Shown: positions 26,811 to 40,330 of the stretch, piece by piece
Layout: each line of letters begins with the position of its first letter
How positions within the stretch are numbered: the first letter of the stretch is position 1
NCBI GenBank assembly: GCA_964304625.1
Contig: OZ199840.1
Coordinates: 5,259,200 to 5,323,199, forward strand
Length of the DNA stretch: 64,000 nucleotides
Origin: Kudoa neothunni
Taxonomy: Eukaryota; Animalia; Cnidaria
Direction: 5' to 3'
The notes under the pieces: generated by a model
Told to the model about the DNA's origin: nothing
Seen by the model: the letters and a program-made list of their open reading frames with translations, nothing else
The model's database searches: none
Position numbers and translations under genes: made by a program

Positions 26811-28284
26811 ATAGGAAAGTCTTTTTTATTTTTGATATATTATTTTTGAGATAGCCCCAATTAAAAATTGGGTTGATTACTCTGAACTATTACAATTATA
26901 GGTCTATAAATTAGAATGTATTCGAATTAGAATGAGTCGAGAAAAAGTTTAAAAAACGATGATAAATTTTTTGATTCTAACCTTACATGTATTTAATACA
27001 AATTAGTTGAAATGTGTCAATGAATCGACCAGATTGTTTATTGATCAATATCGCTATTATCATAATATTATCCTACTTAATGGAATTGCCAAAGGAACAC
27101 TATATAACGTAAGGATTATAATGACTGTAATCTACACGTTAGACACTCATTCATTTCATACTTACGTGACAAATAGTTCATCTATCGAGTAATGGTTTCT
27201 GAGGAAACTTCGAATTATACCAGTTACATGAAAATTTTTGTAGTAATCAGTTATATTCGCTCTTTTTGAGTGATTAAATTGAATGGGATTTCCTTAAATG
27301 AAGTTATTTTTAAGAAAAATCAAATAATTTGTTTTATCACACCGACCGACCGACCGACCAATCAATCAAGATTTGAGCTATTTATCGTGTAAAATCTAAT
27401 ATACACCAATTTATTTATAACTGAATTTGTAAGATAGCTCTTAATTTTTCCTGTCCTTATTAAGGTGTCTTTCGTACCCCAAATATCCATTTTTCTTCTG
27501 GTTCAAAACAGAATTTGTTCCTTTTATTCCGAAAAAATTACTCTTTTTCAGATTCAATAAAGAAAGAGTTAATGTACATTTTGAAAACAAAAATTTAATG
27601 CTTTTTAAATTATTCCATGTTGATTTTTCAAATAATATCAAAATATTTCATATTTTTATTAAATCTTTATTTTTATGCATATATAAGTGTAAATAATTAA
27701 GTTAATGATTTATAAATACTTTTTTCAATTTAACTGGTTTGTTACATTAGGTGAACATCTTTATATTTTTTCCCTCCAGGAGTGGGGAAAAATGCGCGAA
27801 ACTAGGTATTAAATTATTAAATTTTTAAATCGGGCCGCCAACGAGGTTTTAAAAAAACACCAGTTTAAAGTACAATAAAAATAGAAGCTTATCTATCAAA
27901 GTTTTTAACACCCTTCCAATTCTATCTATAATTACGTCTTCTGATATAAAATTTAAATTTATCGTCGTACTACTACAATTCTTTCACACGAATACTCACT
28001 CATATTTCTAGATATATTTTTAAATAACGCTTCAATTTTCTAATTATGTGTGGCAATGTTTACTGAATAATTATGTAATCGTGTAACCAGCCATGCGACG
28101 TCAGGGTAGGGACTGCTTACCCTGAGAGTACAAAAATTTTCTTAGAAAAATAGTTTTTATTTAATTTAATATTGTTATATTAATTTATCTTCATATTTTT
28201 CAATAAAATAGTAAAAAGTTTGAAAATTTTTTGAAAGCATCAGCAGCACGAACCAGCTCTGCCTCCAGACCGCCCCATTAACTC

Positions 28285-28373
28285 CAGGGATGGCGATTAC
28301 GTCCGTTTTTATTTGTAACAATTTTTGTTCGTGTGAACAAACACAAACAAAACTCGTGAATTTGCCATCCCTG
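28285..28373. mobile_element. 89-bp hAT MITE with a perfect 8-bp target-site duplication
   Basis: TIRs CAGGGATGGC / GCCATCCCTG. TSD ATTAACTC at 28277-28284 and 28374-28381. Confidence 0.92.
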
Positions 28374-30799
28374 ATTAACTCTACAGGCGCATGAATCAGT
28401 CAACACACGGCGTTTGATCGGCCTCTGAAGCAGAATCTTCGTTGCCTCTCGAATACTTTCGGATCAATATTCAGAATTAAAATTTTTATACACTTCTTTT
28501 GACATCTTTTGTTCGTTTATTTCAGTTTCAAGTTAATACATTTTTTTATCTTTTATTTATAGAGACACTAGACATTGCACTTTACGGAGTAAATAACTTT
28601 TTTATGATTAAACACTAATCGTTAATCCCTGTTTTGTTTACTTTAACCCTTTCATGCCAAATGTCCACCCTAGTACCCAAAAAATTAAATATCCCATAAA
28701 TACGCACGATAAATTTATTTTGATAATTTGTTGAACCATTTCATGATTTAGAAGATAAATGTTTGTTTTAATAGCCAATTAATTAAATTAAGAGATCTAG
28801 CATTTATAGTAAGTTTAATTGTAATCCTTACATCAATCAAATCAATAAAGAATGCAAGACATTCAAATTTATGTGCATGTAGTCAGTTTTTTCGCATCTA
28901 AAAAAATCCAAATTATGATACGGTAAACCGTGGCTCGTTGCGTTAAATTTTATAGGACACTAGCGTGAACTGCCCAGTGTTGCTTGGGGAAGATTTCTCC
29001 TAGAAACGTTTTTTAATAGCATTCAACAAATATATCGAAATTTCGAATTAACCCATAGAAATGAAATAATTTAAAACCTTTAAGCAACAAACTTTAACTA
29101 TTTGGATTATTAAATTTAAAAGAATACATTTTTATTTCAACGAGAAAAAGAAATATAACTAACGTGAAAATTCAACATTTTTATGAGGGAATTACTGGTT
29201 TTATACAATTTCTATTTCATAATTTACCTGATATTTCTGATGCTGAATTTAAATGTTTATATATTCAAATTATGGTTCTAAATCGTAAAGAACAATAATT
29301 AAACGTTTCCATTAGCTACAATAAAACTAATATCGTACAATCAGTAAAATTAAATTAGGAATTTTTTTAAGCATTTTTATATTTAGAAAAAGGGAATAAT
29401 ACTTAAGTAACATAGTTCGCATTACTATTAAGCGTATTTGTATGCTGAAGAGATAGACATTAAAGATTGGGGAGAGTATATAAGCACCGTCAAAAAAATT
29501 AACTTTATCAATGAACACCCCTTGCGGGACGGTAGTTGCCGACCTCTGCTCTAAAGAATCCTCATTCACAGAATATTAATCCGTCCATTACTCATTTGAT
29601 GCAATTTAACGACAAGAATCTTGGTTTATTTTCCGAGAATTCCTTAATTGTAGTACGACGTAATATAAATTAATGAAAAGTTACTAGAATATAACGTATT
29701 ATTGCAAATGTATTAAAATAAACAATATGATTTATCAATTGTATTTGAAAATAATCAGGAATAATAATTAGAAAGATTATTTTTTGTATATAATTGTAGT
29801 TAAAGTAATATGCGTATATTAATTCATCATAACAAATTTAAGTGCCGCCATTTTTGAAATTATGGGATACCCAAAAGTTTAAAGAACTTTGATTCCTCAA
29901 AATTTGCTCTTTAAATGCTTTAATGTAATTATACTATCTCTTAAACATTCGAACAAATAAAAAATACCTAGCAAAAGCCTCAAATAATATAACAATTGAT
30001 AATATAAATAAATAAATATAATTGCAATACACACATTATAATTTATTATTTTTTAATTTACTTTGATAGATATAAAAACGATGGGAACTTTTTAACTAAT
30101 GATTTCTGTGAAACAGAAAAAACTGCATTAGCGGTTAAATCTCTTATTTCCGAAACAGTTGAATAATTTCTACAATTCTTCAATTAATTAATCCTATATT
30201 TCATCATTATCTATTATTTTTTTATTTAACTGTGTTGAATAAATTCGATGTTTATTTCATTGAAACATTTTCAGAATTTTCAGTGTTCAAGTTTATGCGC
30301 TAATTTTATCCATAGATCCGGCTCGATCAGTTTATTTAAGTCTTACATTTGCCTTCGAAGTTATGGGATTAGGATTGATTTCGTTTTTTTTTAATTATAA
30401 ACGAAATAAAATGGTATCATATTAATTTCGTAATAAATGATTGCGTTTAAGGGAGATTTCATTGGGACCCCTTCCGCACACTTGTAATTTGTTCGCATGT
30501 CCTACGAGGAAGGTTAAATTGAAACATTTTGTTCAATGATTATTTTCTCGAATGAAAATAATAAAATTTACTACTTTATTATTTTTTATTTGATTTTATC
30601 ATTAAAGCTAATTTATTGCAGTTATGATGTTAAAGTTCAATGAGAAGGATTTAAAAACAATTAACACATTTAATAATGATGAAAATATGTTAAAATTGTA
30701 TAACCAAAATAAAATTAAACTTTAAAAAAAATAATTGGTAAAGTAGATTAGTTATGCAAGAAAATAAATTAGTGTACAAGTTAAAAGGTAAAATAATCT

Positions 30800-32758
30800 T
30801 TAAATATAGTCCTCTTTGGTTAGTCTTTCGAGTTTATGTTCAATCCCCTCTATCTATTTTAAAAGAACATTTACAATTTTACATAGAAAATAAAAAGTAC
30901 CTTCTCAAAAATTTTATTTAACGTAGACTGATTCATCATTTGCAAACCTTTCAATAAGTATTAAATAACCGATAGAGTTCCATGATCAATTACGTGAGAT
31001 AAGAGTGGTGGTTTTAAGCTCGAATTTGTCCAGTTGTTCTCTCGCCGATTTAATATTATCATTAGTAACAAAGTTGACATGTTTGACATAATTGGCCAAG
31101 TCGCCTGCGGATTGAATACTATCTTTTTCCAGCTAAATAAGGAAAATAAATTATCGAATTAACACTCACTGAAGACTATACTCTAACTTTCACTATCAGA
31201 CTATGTAAGTATATGCGAATAGCGGCATCTAATGTTGTCAGAAGTACGCTATGTAGGAATAATTTATAAAAGCGTTTGCAGTTAGTTTAAATATACCAAT
31301 TGAAATCGCTTTTAAAATGAACTACAAATTAATTATTTCTAACACCAACACAACTATTGACTACATATTATTCCAGGGTTATCACACAGGTTTAGAAATG
31401 ATATGCTATCCTTATCTACAATTCATTTATCAAAAAACTCTGTATTAAGTCTAAAAATTCATAACATTTATTTTTTAGGATTTTCAACTGTTTCTGTGAT
31501 TTTAAATGAGAAATCTTTTTATTTTCTATACAGTAACTTGCCAGCAAATAGTTGTAATAGAATTTTCGGTATACAGGACACCTTGTGGCATATTTTTTCA
31601 ATATGTATTTTTTCCAATATATCTGGATTATTTTTGCCGAGATATTTCTAAAGGAGTTTCGCTGATCGCCCTCTTTTGTTTTCGATAGTTCCAATACGAA
31701 ACTTGTTCCGATGATACTCTAGAAATGTTTGTTAGCTGAGATACGTACCCACATACATTGATAAAAGTACCGTGGGTAAGGCTACTATGGCCACAACAAT
31801 AAGTGAACAAGTTGTTACAGCTACCCTTCCACACGTAGTAATTGGAACAATATCACCGTAGCCAATGGTGGCAAATGTAATCTTAAAGAACAGCGTTATT
31901 AACGCATACACACACACACACCAATCGCCACTCGATTTACCACAACAAAATAAATATTCTCGTTGAGTCTTTTCAATTTGGGGTTGATTTCATGTTCACA
32001 GATAAACGTTATAAACGAAGCACTAAGCAATGAGATAAACATGAATAGGTAGGCGGTAAATAATTCTCTTCGAAATCGCCAAACGGTAAATGTCATCAGC
32101 TCGAATGATGAAACAAATCTTTCATAATGTAAAACACGAATGTTGGCAATTAATCGAAAAACAAGGCATAATGTAACATAACGTTGTGTAATCTATAGGA
32201 GTAAAATATAACACGATAAATCATTTCCAATCGATATATCACATGATATGACATACCGTAATATAGTGTCCCAATATAAACAGAATAATATTCAGTAATG
32301 TAAGGAAAAAAATGATGTAATCTATTGAGAAGATTTTATAAATGGGTGTGATGATATATACAACTACCTAGAATCATGAAACATCCTTTAGAATAGTTTA
32401 ATCTTTTTTCGCATTTATTGTACACTTCTCGCCAAACACAGTACTCTAACCGAAGCACTGTTTCAACCGCAATTATAGTAAATATCAATATTTCCTAGAC
32501 ACAGATATTATTGATAATTGATATCTTATCAACCATACAGTCCAGATGTATAAAATGCCGTACAAGTTGACTTCGGTAAAAACGTAATTGTTAAAATAGA
32601 TATTCATCATAGTGGAAATAACCATTAATGAAAATCTAAATTATAACACTAGGAGCTACAACTTATTCTACTTCTTACCCCGCTGTGTGGTAGAAGTAGG
32701 CCGAGTAAGTGCTAGGATGGTCAAGGAATTCGAATATTATGGCCCTTTTATTTCTCAT
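30800..32758 (-). CDS. KCNQ/Kv7-like K+ channel, paralogue B (may have a further upstream exon)
   Basis: FEFLDHP..AYFYH, S4 FRLIANIRVLHYER, FRRELFTAY, filter ATIGYGD, S6 ALPT|SIIGTSFVL, helix A SAKIIQIYWKK, helix B DAAIRIY and a terminal coiled coil. Exons join in frame. Confidence 0.9.
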
Positions 32759-35700
32759 CCTAAAACTCGGAGTAACGTTGGCATGTAACCTGCCACACAG
32801 CTCTCTGTTTGTAACAAACAAATTTAATTAGATTTCCATCTATAGTGAATTAAATAATCCACTTGGATATACCTATGAGAAAAAAATAGTTCAATGACTA
32901 ACTGTGGGCACGCTTAGCATCAATATATACATTGATTTGATGTCATACCAACTTATATCAGCATAGATATTTTTTGAATTATAGAGAAAACAAATTTATC
33001 ACCATAGAAAATTTAACATTCAACTGAAAACACATTATAAGACTAGAAATAAATAAAAAATATGTTTCTACTCGAAGATGTAATATCTGCAATTAATAAT
33101 AATTTCAAAATATTCTAAAACTCTTAATAACAAACACTCAGTTTAATGATATAATCAATTTAATCAATCAGGATTTGGTGGATGATCGAAAGTAGCCTAT
33201 TTTTAATTCTACCTCTTACTATGTAGATTGTTTCATAATTCGTTATAATAAAATTGTTAGTTCTCAATTTTTTTATAAAACACTTTTTAAACTAACTTTA
33301 CATTTATTTTAATACCGAAATTCGTTAATAATTTCTTTTTACGAGGATTAACGACAAAATTCGAATGTACGGCGCTCTTTAATAATCGTTTCGTTGACGC
33401 TGGCATGAAATTTTCAACGGCAAAATTAACTCATTGTAATTTTTTAAATAATTATAAATTAACGAAATAAATTTTACTTCCCTTTAAAATTGAGTGATGG
33501 CCGTGATCTTGTTGGGCCTACTGAAGTATTTGAAATTATTATAACTTAGAAAAAAATGTAACTATAAACTATTGATTTTATGTAGCAAAAGTAAATTTTA
33601 ATTTTAAACTAATCCAACGTATTTATAAATCAAAAATATTATATAATACTTTTTTGATGTATTATCACGAATGATGAGCAATTGTTTTAAATGTGATTTA
33701 TGGTAAATATTTTACCAAACAAAAACGTGAGGTCTTTTCGACCCCAATTATACTGGAGGGTGTAAATTTCCATGTGACTTAGAAGGTTAATTGAATTTTT
33801 CTATTTTCATGCGAATATTTATTATGAACAACATTTACACGTAATAACAGAAACCCTATAATAAAATAATTATTTTTAGGGATATAAGAAAAAATTTGAA
33901 ATTATATTTAAGAACCATACGTATAAACAAAACCAAGTGGTATGTATACTACATGTTGAACAATATATTAATAATTTCATATTCACATTGTTCCTTTTCT
34001 TGTATAAATGACTTTGATTAAAAATTATTTTAACGTAATGAAGAATGAATAATAAAATTCCATGATAAAATTTTTTATGATATAACGATTATAACTTTTT
34101 TTATAATTCAGATAAATTAATTAAAAAAATTTATAAACTAACTTAAGTGATAATTGATTGTATTGTCATTTTAAAAGGTTCGTAGTTGTTGTACCAAATA
34201 TGATAGAGATGATACTTCACAAATACCACGTGCATAGCTTATTTAAATTGGCGAGTCGTGTAATTTTTAAATGACACATTATTAAACGTGATAATAAGGT
34301 AGTTAATGAATTCAGAAGTTATCTTAGATGCAATAGAACAGATATTTATTGATTTTTGGATATTTAAAGAAGACTTCACAATTAAAATCGACGTTTCTTT
34401 TGGAGATTCAGTTCAGTAGTGCGCGTTTTAACATATAAAATTTAAAAAAAATATGAAACAAACTCTTCACAAAAAACTTTTTTATCAAATAACGATAACA
34501 GAAGAACGTCTAGAACAATAACGGAAACTAAAATTTTCACAATTTTGTCATTTTTTCTATCTCTAAAAGATAACCGGCAGAGGAGTGTCTTGAAACGCTT
34601 TTTTAATTATGTTTCATTGAATTTATTTGCTCGTAAATTCTACTTTGTTGTAGAGATAATTTCACGTTGCAATATTTACTGGGTGATTCATTTTCCACCT
34701 TCTCTAGGTCGATCGATTAAACAAAAAATATCTATTTCTCTCCAGTTAGTTACTATCCTTTTTAAGTTATTCGGAAAATAAACGTCGAAACTTTTTTAAA
34801 AATTCAACGACTAAATTCGATTTCAATCGAAAACTACGATCCCTATTCATAAACAACCGTGAAGGAATCGACAGAAAGAACTATGTGCAGAATGGTTTAT
34901 TTTAAGTGTCACACCCTATTCTATTATTCATCCTGTAATAGTTTTCTGTTATTTATTTCTCAATTGTTGGGACAAAAAAAAATAATAGAAACATAATAAA
35001 ATTGGAATATTTTGAAAAACACATAACTGAATGGAATAAGAGAAAAAATGGTTGACGATAAGGCGATTAAATAATTACGAAGTTACGCGCGATAGAATTA
35101 TTTATAAAATAATTTTAATGAAACAAAAACATATCCCTATATATTTAAATTTTATAAAAAACAATGATAAAGTTATTGGAAGAAAATAACGTGTATAACT
35201 GGTTAATATTGTGAGCGGCAGGCTACGCTATCGCTGAGTTCTAACTCTAACATGTGAGTGAAAAATACAAATATTTATTGTTATGGAAATGTGAGAATAC
35301 GTGACTGTTTGTGAATTCTATGGAAAATTTTATAGATAATCCTTAGTTTGGTAAATAAGTAGCACTAAAATCTAAACTAATCGTACTAAAGATTATGAAT
35401 TAGGTCACTCCGATCGAGTTCGAATCGCGATATAATAATTTAAAGGAAACAACGATTATTTGGGGGCATATTATTCAGTCGATACTAATTTTTACTATTA
35501 TTTAATTGCTTTTGCGTAGCTTTTATGTCCTGATAAAAAGGGAATAATTAAATATGGCCGATTCTACATAATTAATGTCATATATGAGATATAAATAGGA
35601 GTTGTTATGATAAAACTTTCCTGCGTCAACAATGTAATTTAAACGCCAATTTAAAGTGATTTTTTTATTGTATATTTCATATAATTCCATTTTAAGAACT

Positions 35701-36827
35701 ATTAGCTAGAGTGTGAGAATGATTGTGTAACTAAGAAAAATTGATTTTTTGGTGCCACCTACTTCACAACCACACACACACACACTTTATCAATTATTGG
35801 TAAATGACGGAAATAAGATTATTCCTCAATTGAATACAATTTTTTGGAAATAAGAAATTAATTTAGGATCTCAGAAAAATAAACCAAGCACAATTTAATG
35901 AACATCAAAGATAGTGGGTCGGTTCAAATTTATCGCCGGCTCCGAAAATGCCTAAGATTGATTATAGCTTGGAAGGAGTGTAACACCAAGATTAATGGTT
36001 GTCACCAAAATCAATACAACAATACATTATTAATCCCACAAATATTCCAAATATGAGAATCACAAAGTAGATGATGATAATTTCAAAAAATATATCTATT
36101 TCACGGCTTATTTGTTTGGTTTCTGAAAATGTACTAAGTAAATCATCAAATAAAAAGGAGAAACTATATGAAAATATACAATTTATTTTATATTCTGGTT
36201 AGAAAACGTTTACATTGAAATTATTTTGTGCCCGGCTACTTTCTGCACCCATTTTCTGACCTAGAGTGGCTTGAAATGATTTCCCCTCAAGGTATGGATC
36301 AATTTTAATATGTAGCAACCACAGGAAAGGATGAATTTGTATTTTATAGGTGATTTTGAAGGAAGTAAATATTTAAAATTATATTCGAACTGATGATTAG
36401 AAAATTAAACTAAATATAAGGAAATGTGTTCGCTAAGGAACAAATCCAAATAATAACAAAGTTTAAGAGCGGATTTGAATCCAAGGTACCACCAACGATA
36501 ATTTAATAAGGAATGATATATTTTTGATCATGAATGTGTTGGAGCTACGGAATTCGAGGCATAACACATTACTCGCGATAGTACATCGGTGGCTTTAGTT
36601 AAATTAGTGATTATAATGTTATTATGGAGATTTAGATTGGTTAACAAGCAACGTATAATAAGTCAGAAGTGTATTTTGCTGTAAACTAAATATAGAAAAC
36701 GCTTAAAATTTTTTTTTATTAAAATGGTGTTGAAATAAATTTTTAATTGATACACAATTAATGTGTTGATTTCTTTCGGATCAGATCACGATTGAAAAGG
36801 CTATTAGCCAAATTGATTATCTGTTAA

Positions 36828-39286
36828 ATGTTGAATAATGGTAATGGACGGGAGATGGCCAAACATGATCATAATGTTGAAATGGAGACCATTGTGTCTT
36901 TGAGAAGCAGCCAAAAATCCAGCGAAAGCCTTGATGATGAGTCAAAGGAGCTGATCACACACAAAAAGAAACTGTTTCCAATTTCAAGTACTCCCAAAAA
37001 ACCTTCTACCGCCATATCTAACGGTGAAGATGTTCGAGATCAAAGTGGACGCCCCGCAATTGTAAAGTACAATTGGAATAGCCATTTGGAGAATCCCTCA
37101 AGGGAAGACGCCGCATGCAGCTGGTGAATCATTTTTTCGATAATCCCACTTCTGCACTTGAGATTTTCTATCATTTTAATATGTAGCCAATTATATTATA
37201 ATTATAACAACTATTTAATTATCTAAATATATGTGGAATTTTTAGAGGATTGTTGGTGTTGTCATCGTTGTTTTTGACTTTTTTTGCCGAATACTCAAAG
37301 AATCAAAATTTCCGAAATCTATACCACATCTCTCGAGTAGCATTGGTATAAATGATTGCTCGAAATGTTTGCATAATTTGCCAATAATTGTTTTTCTCTG
37401 CTAGGAATTTATAATCTTGGCTGTGTATATTGTCGAGTTTTCATTACGGCTGTGGAGTTGCAAGGCGAAACCCAAATATAATTACCGTGGACGTTGGATG
37501 TATTTAAAAAAGTTTCAAAATATTATTGGTATTTTTCCTTATTTCTTGCCGTATTAATACAACACCTCTTTAACTTGCAGATATTGTAACTATGCTATCA
37601 ACGGTCACGTTGATAGCCTTTTTGGCTATATACGAGGATCGCATAAAAACTTCTAAAAAGGTCCACATGTATTTTTAAAATAATTTTTTATTTCCAATAT
37701 AAATAAATGTAATAGATTTTTTTATTTATTGAAAGCTTCTCAAATATTGAGATTGTTTCGGTTGGATAGACATTCTAGATCAGTAAAATTGTTTGTTTTT
37801 GTGTTACATACCTATAGACATGTAATTTTCTTTTCTTGATTCTTTTGTAATTAACCTGTTACTATTATTATTATTATTATTATTATTGTTATTGCATTAC
37901 TTATTGTTAAAACGTGGATTAATTAGACACAATTTTCTAGGAACTCTTTACGGCAGTGGTGTCGTCGCTATTTCTGTTTATGATATCCTCATTTGTTATC
38001 TATTTTATTGAGTATGAAAGTCGACGGTACTTTAGAAATTCCAATGCAGAAGTTTCGTCCAACACCGCCTTTATCAACGAAACAGATCTCACGTCAAAAA
38101 GTGGAACTATCACTTCAATTCCCGAAGCGTTTTATTTCTCTGTGGTAATAAAGAGGATCTTTGATTTCTTATCAATTTTAATGGGCCATTATTAAGATTT
38201 CGTTTTTAACCGTTGGTTATGGTGACTACACTCCACAGACGATGTCGGGGAAAATTTTTATGACATTTATGTCGTTTTTAGCAGTTGCTATTGTGACATT
38301 ACCGTCGGTATTTTAGTATTTTAATTGATGGTGTCAACCATTTGAAATCAATTAGAATATCATGGGCTCGGCATTTGCACTACATGTGTCGTTGAAGACT
38401 AAAGAAAAACATACCAGAGATCTATACGAAAATGCGGCCACATTGATTCAAGTATTTTTATTATTTAATTGCTTAAGCGATATATTTTATCTGTTTATAT
38501 TAGCAATTTTGGAAGTATCATCAGTTTAAAAACGATTCCAAGAATTCAACCAAAGACAACACATTGAAACTGTTCGAAAAGTCCAAAACCAATCAATCAC
38601 AATTTATTGGTTTTGGAAGTTGCAGTAAACATAAAACCTACAGAACAAGTTTTTTTTGGAAAAACATTCCCGACACTAAATACTTGTCTTTCTGTAAAGA
38701 TCTTTTCGAAGGTCGCGATACTGACATTAGCCGAGATGATTCTGCGGCTCAGGGTTTGCAGTCAAAATTTGATCGGTATGGTTTTTCATATATGATTCGA
38801 AACGAACGTTAATTATCATCTTAAAGAGCCATTCGAAATATCCAGTTGTTTATTCTCAAAACAAAATTCCATTCGTCTCTTTCCGCTTTCAAGGTTTTTG
38901 ATAGACAATTTTCATTGATAGAACTCAGTGCTAATTTTATTTGTAGAAATCGAAAAATGACTACATTTCGGCGGACTTTGCTACTATTTTTGACAGTTAC
39001 AAAAATGAAATCAGTCAAAAAATATCCCATTTAAATGGATGGTAATTTTTTGGTGATATTAAACATTTATAAAATCCGTAATTGTATTAGTATTGAAAAA
39101 AACTCAAAATTAATTGGTAACTAGCAGTCAACTATCTTGTTGCTAACATTTTCGCCTATAGATCACTCAGTAAATACAATCAGTGAACGGGTGGACGAGT
39201 TATCGAAAAAAATCGACGATCTTTCCCAGAATCTTAGCCAACAGAACGAGCTTATCAATCGTTTATTGAACTCCAAACAAATATAA
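36828..39286 (+). CDS. KCNQ/Kv7-like K+ channel, paralogue C
   Basis: VNHFFDNP..IFYH, EFSLRLWS, S4 LKASQILRLFRLDR, filter LTVGYGD, S6 TLPS|NIMGSAFAL, helix A AATLIQ|QFW and helix B RAIRNIQLFILKTKF. Exons join in frame. Confidence 0.92.
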
Positions 39287-39653
39287 CGCAATACCCCCAT
39301 AAATTCTTGTTATATATTTCCTAGAAAATTTTGTAAATTTATCTCTAATCGTTAGAATTTTTTAAAAGTTAAATCGTTAAATTTTTTCCTCTTTTATAGT
39401 TTATCCAGATAAAATTATCTCCTGAATGATTTTTTCTTTTTTTTCATAAAAAAATTATTTTGGTATTAGTATGTTTAATTAATTGTCTTTTGTGGATATT
39501 ATTTAACATATAATTAATTTACTTTTAATTTATATTAGGATGTGTGCTTTTGTGATATTATTTTTAGGATAAACTTTCAAATCTCATTCATTTACTTGAT
39601 TTTTCTTTTAAACAGAAGCTAACCTATTCTACTAATATCGAAATAATTAGTTG

Positions 39654-39685
<32 letters not shown>

Positions 39686-39859
39686 GAATAATGCTATTTT
39701 ATTAAAGGTTGATTACTATTAGTAGTTGTTGTAGTTAATGAAGAGAGTATACAATTTAAAATGAATATTATACATTATTTGTTTGGTTTTAAATGTCCCA
39801 TTGAGTTAAAAAATTACGTTGAACCTGATGAATAATTGATAATAAATTTTATAATAGTT

Positions 39860-40330
39860 TTCTTGAAGATACGAATAAAGTAGATTTTTGAGTACACACA
39901 CCACTTATTAAATGCAATATTTTGATTTTTAAATAATGCCATACAACTTCAGTTGTATTTGTGTGGAACCTCCTCTTAATAAACGTTTTAATGGATTGTT
40001 CACACCCATGTTAGTGAATCCACAGTTACCAAGTGTTATCAAGTAACTTTTACATTTTTCTGTAAAAGATATTAAACCTAGTTCCAGTTCCTGCACTCTA
40101 CAATGAATATTATAGGTTCGACTTACGAAAAACTCTCAAAAATGCTGAATTCAGCGTCATCTAATTCTGATTCGCTTGGAACGTGAATTTCATTTTTGGC
40201 GCTTCTTTATCTATCAAACTCCAAACACCAACTTCTATTATTTTTTCTTTTTCCTCTTAACAAGCATTCATCCATTTCTATAATTTTTCAGTCTTCCCAA
40301 TTTTTTACATTGTTGAAACAGGCGATAATA
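39860..40330 (-). mobile_element. Merlin (IS1595/ISXO2-like DDE) transposase relic
   Basis: Broken frames give IIEMDECLLRGKRKNNR and HTNTTEVVWHYLK...LYSYLQE, matching the Merlin motifs VEIDES..KRKYNRGR and HTNTIE..W..LK. Confidence 0.75.

Noticed and set aside
37030-37130. Frame change near the KCNQ-C N-terminus
   Set aside because: A normal 50-nt GT-AG intron ending at 37081 explains it.
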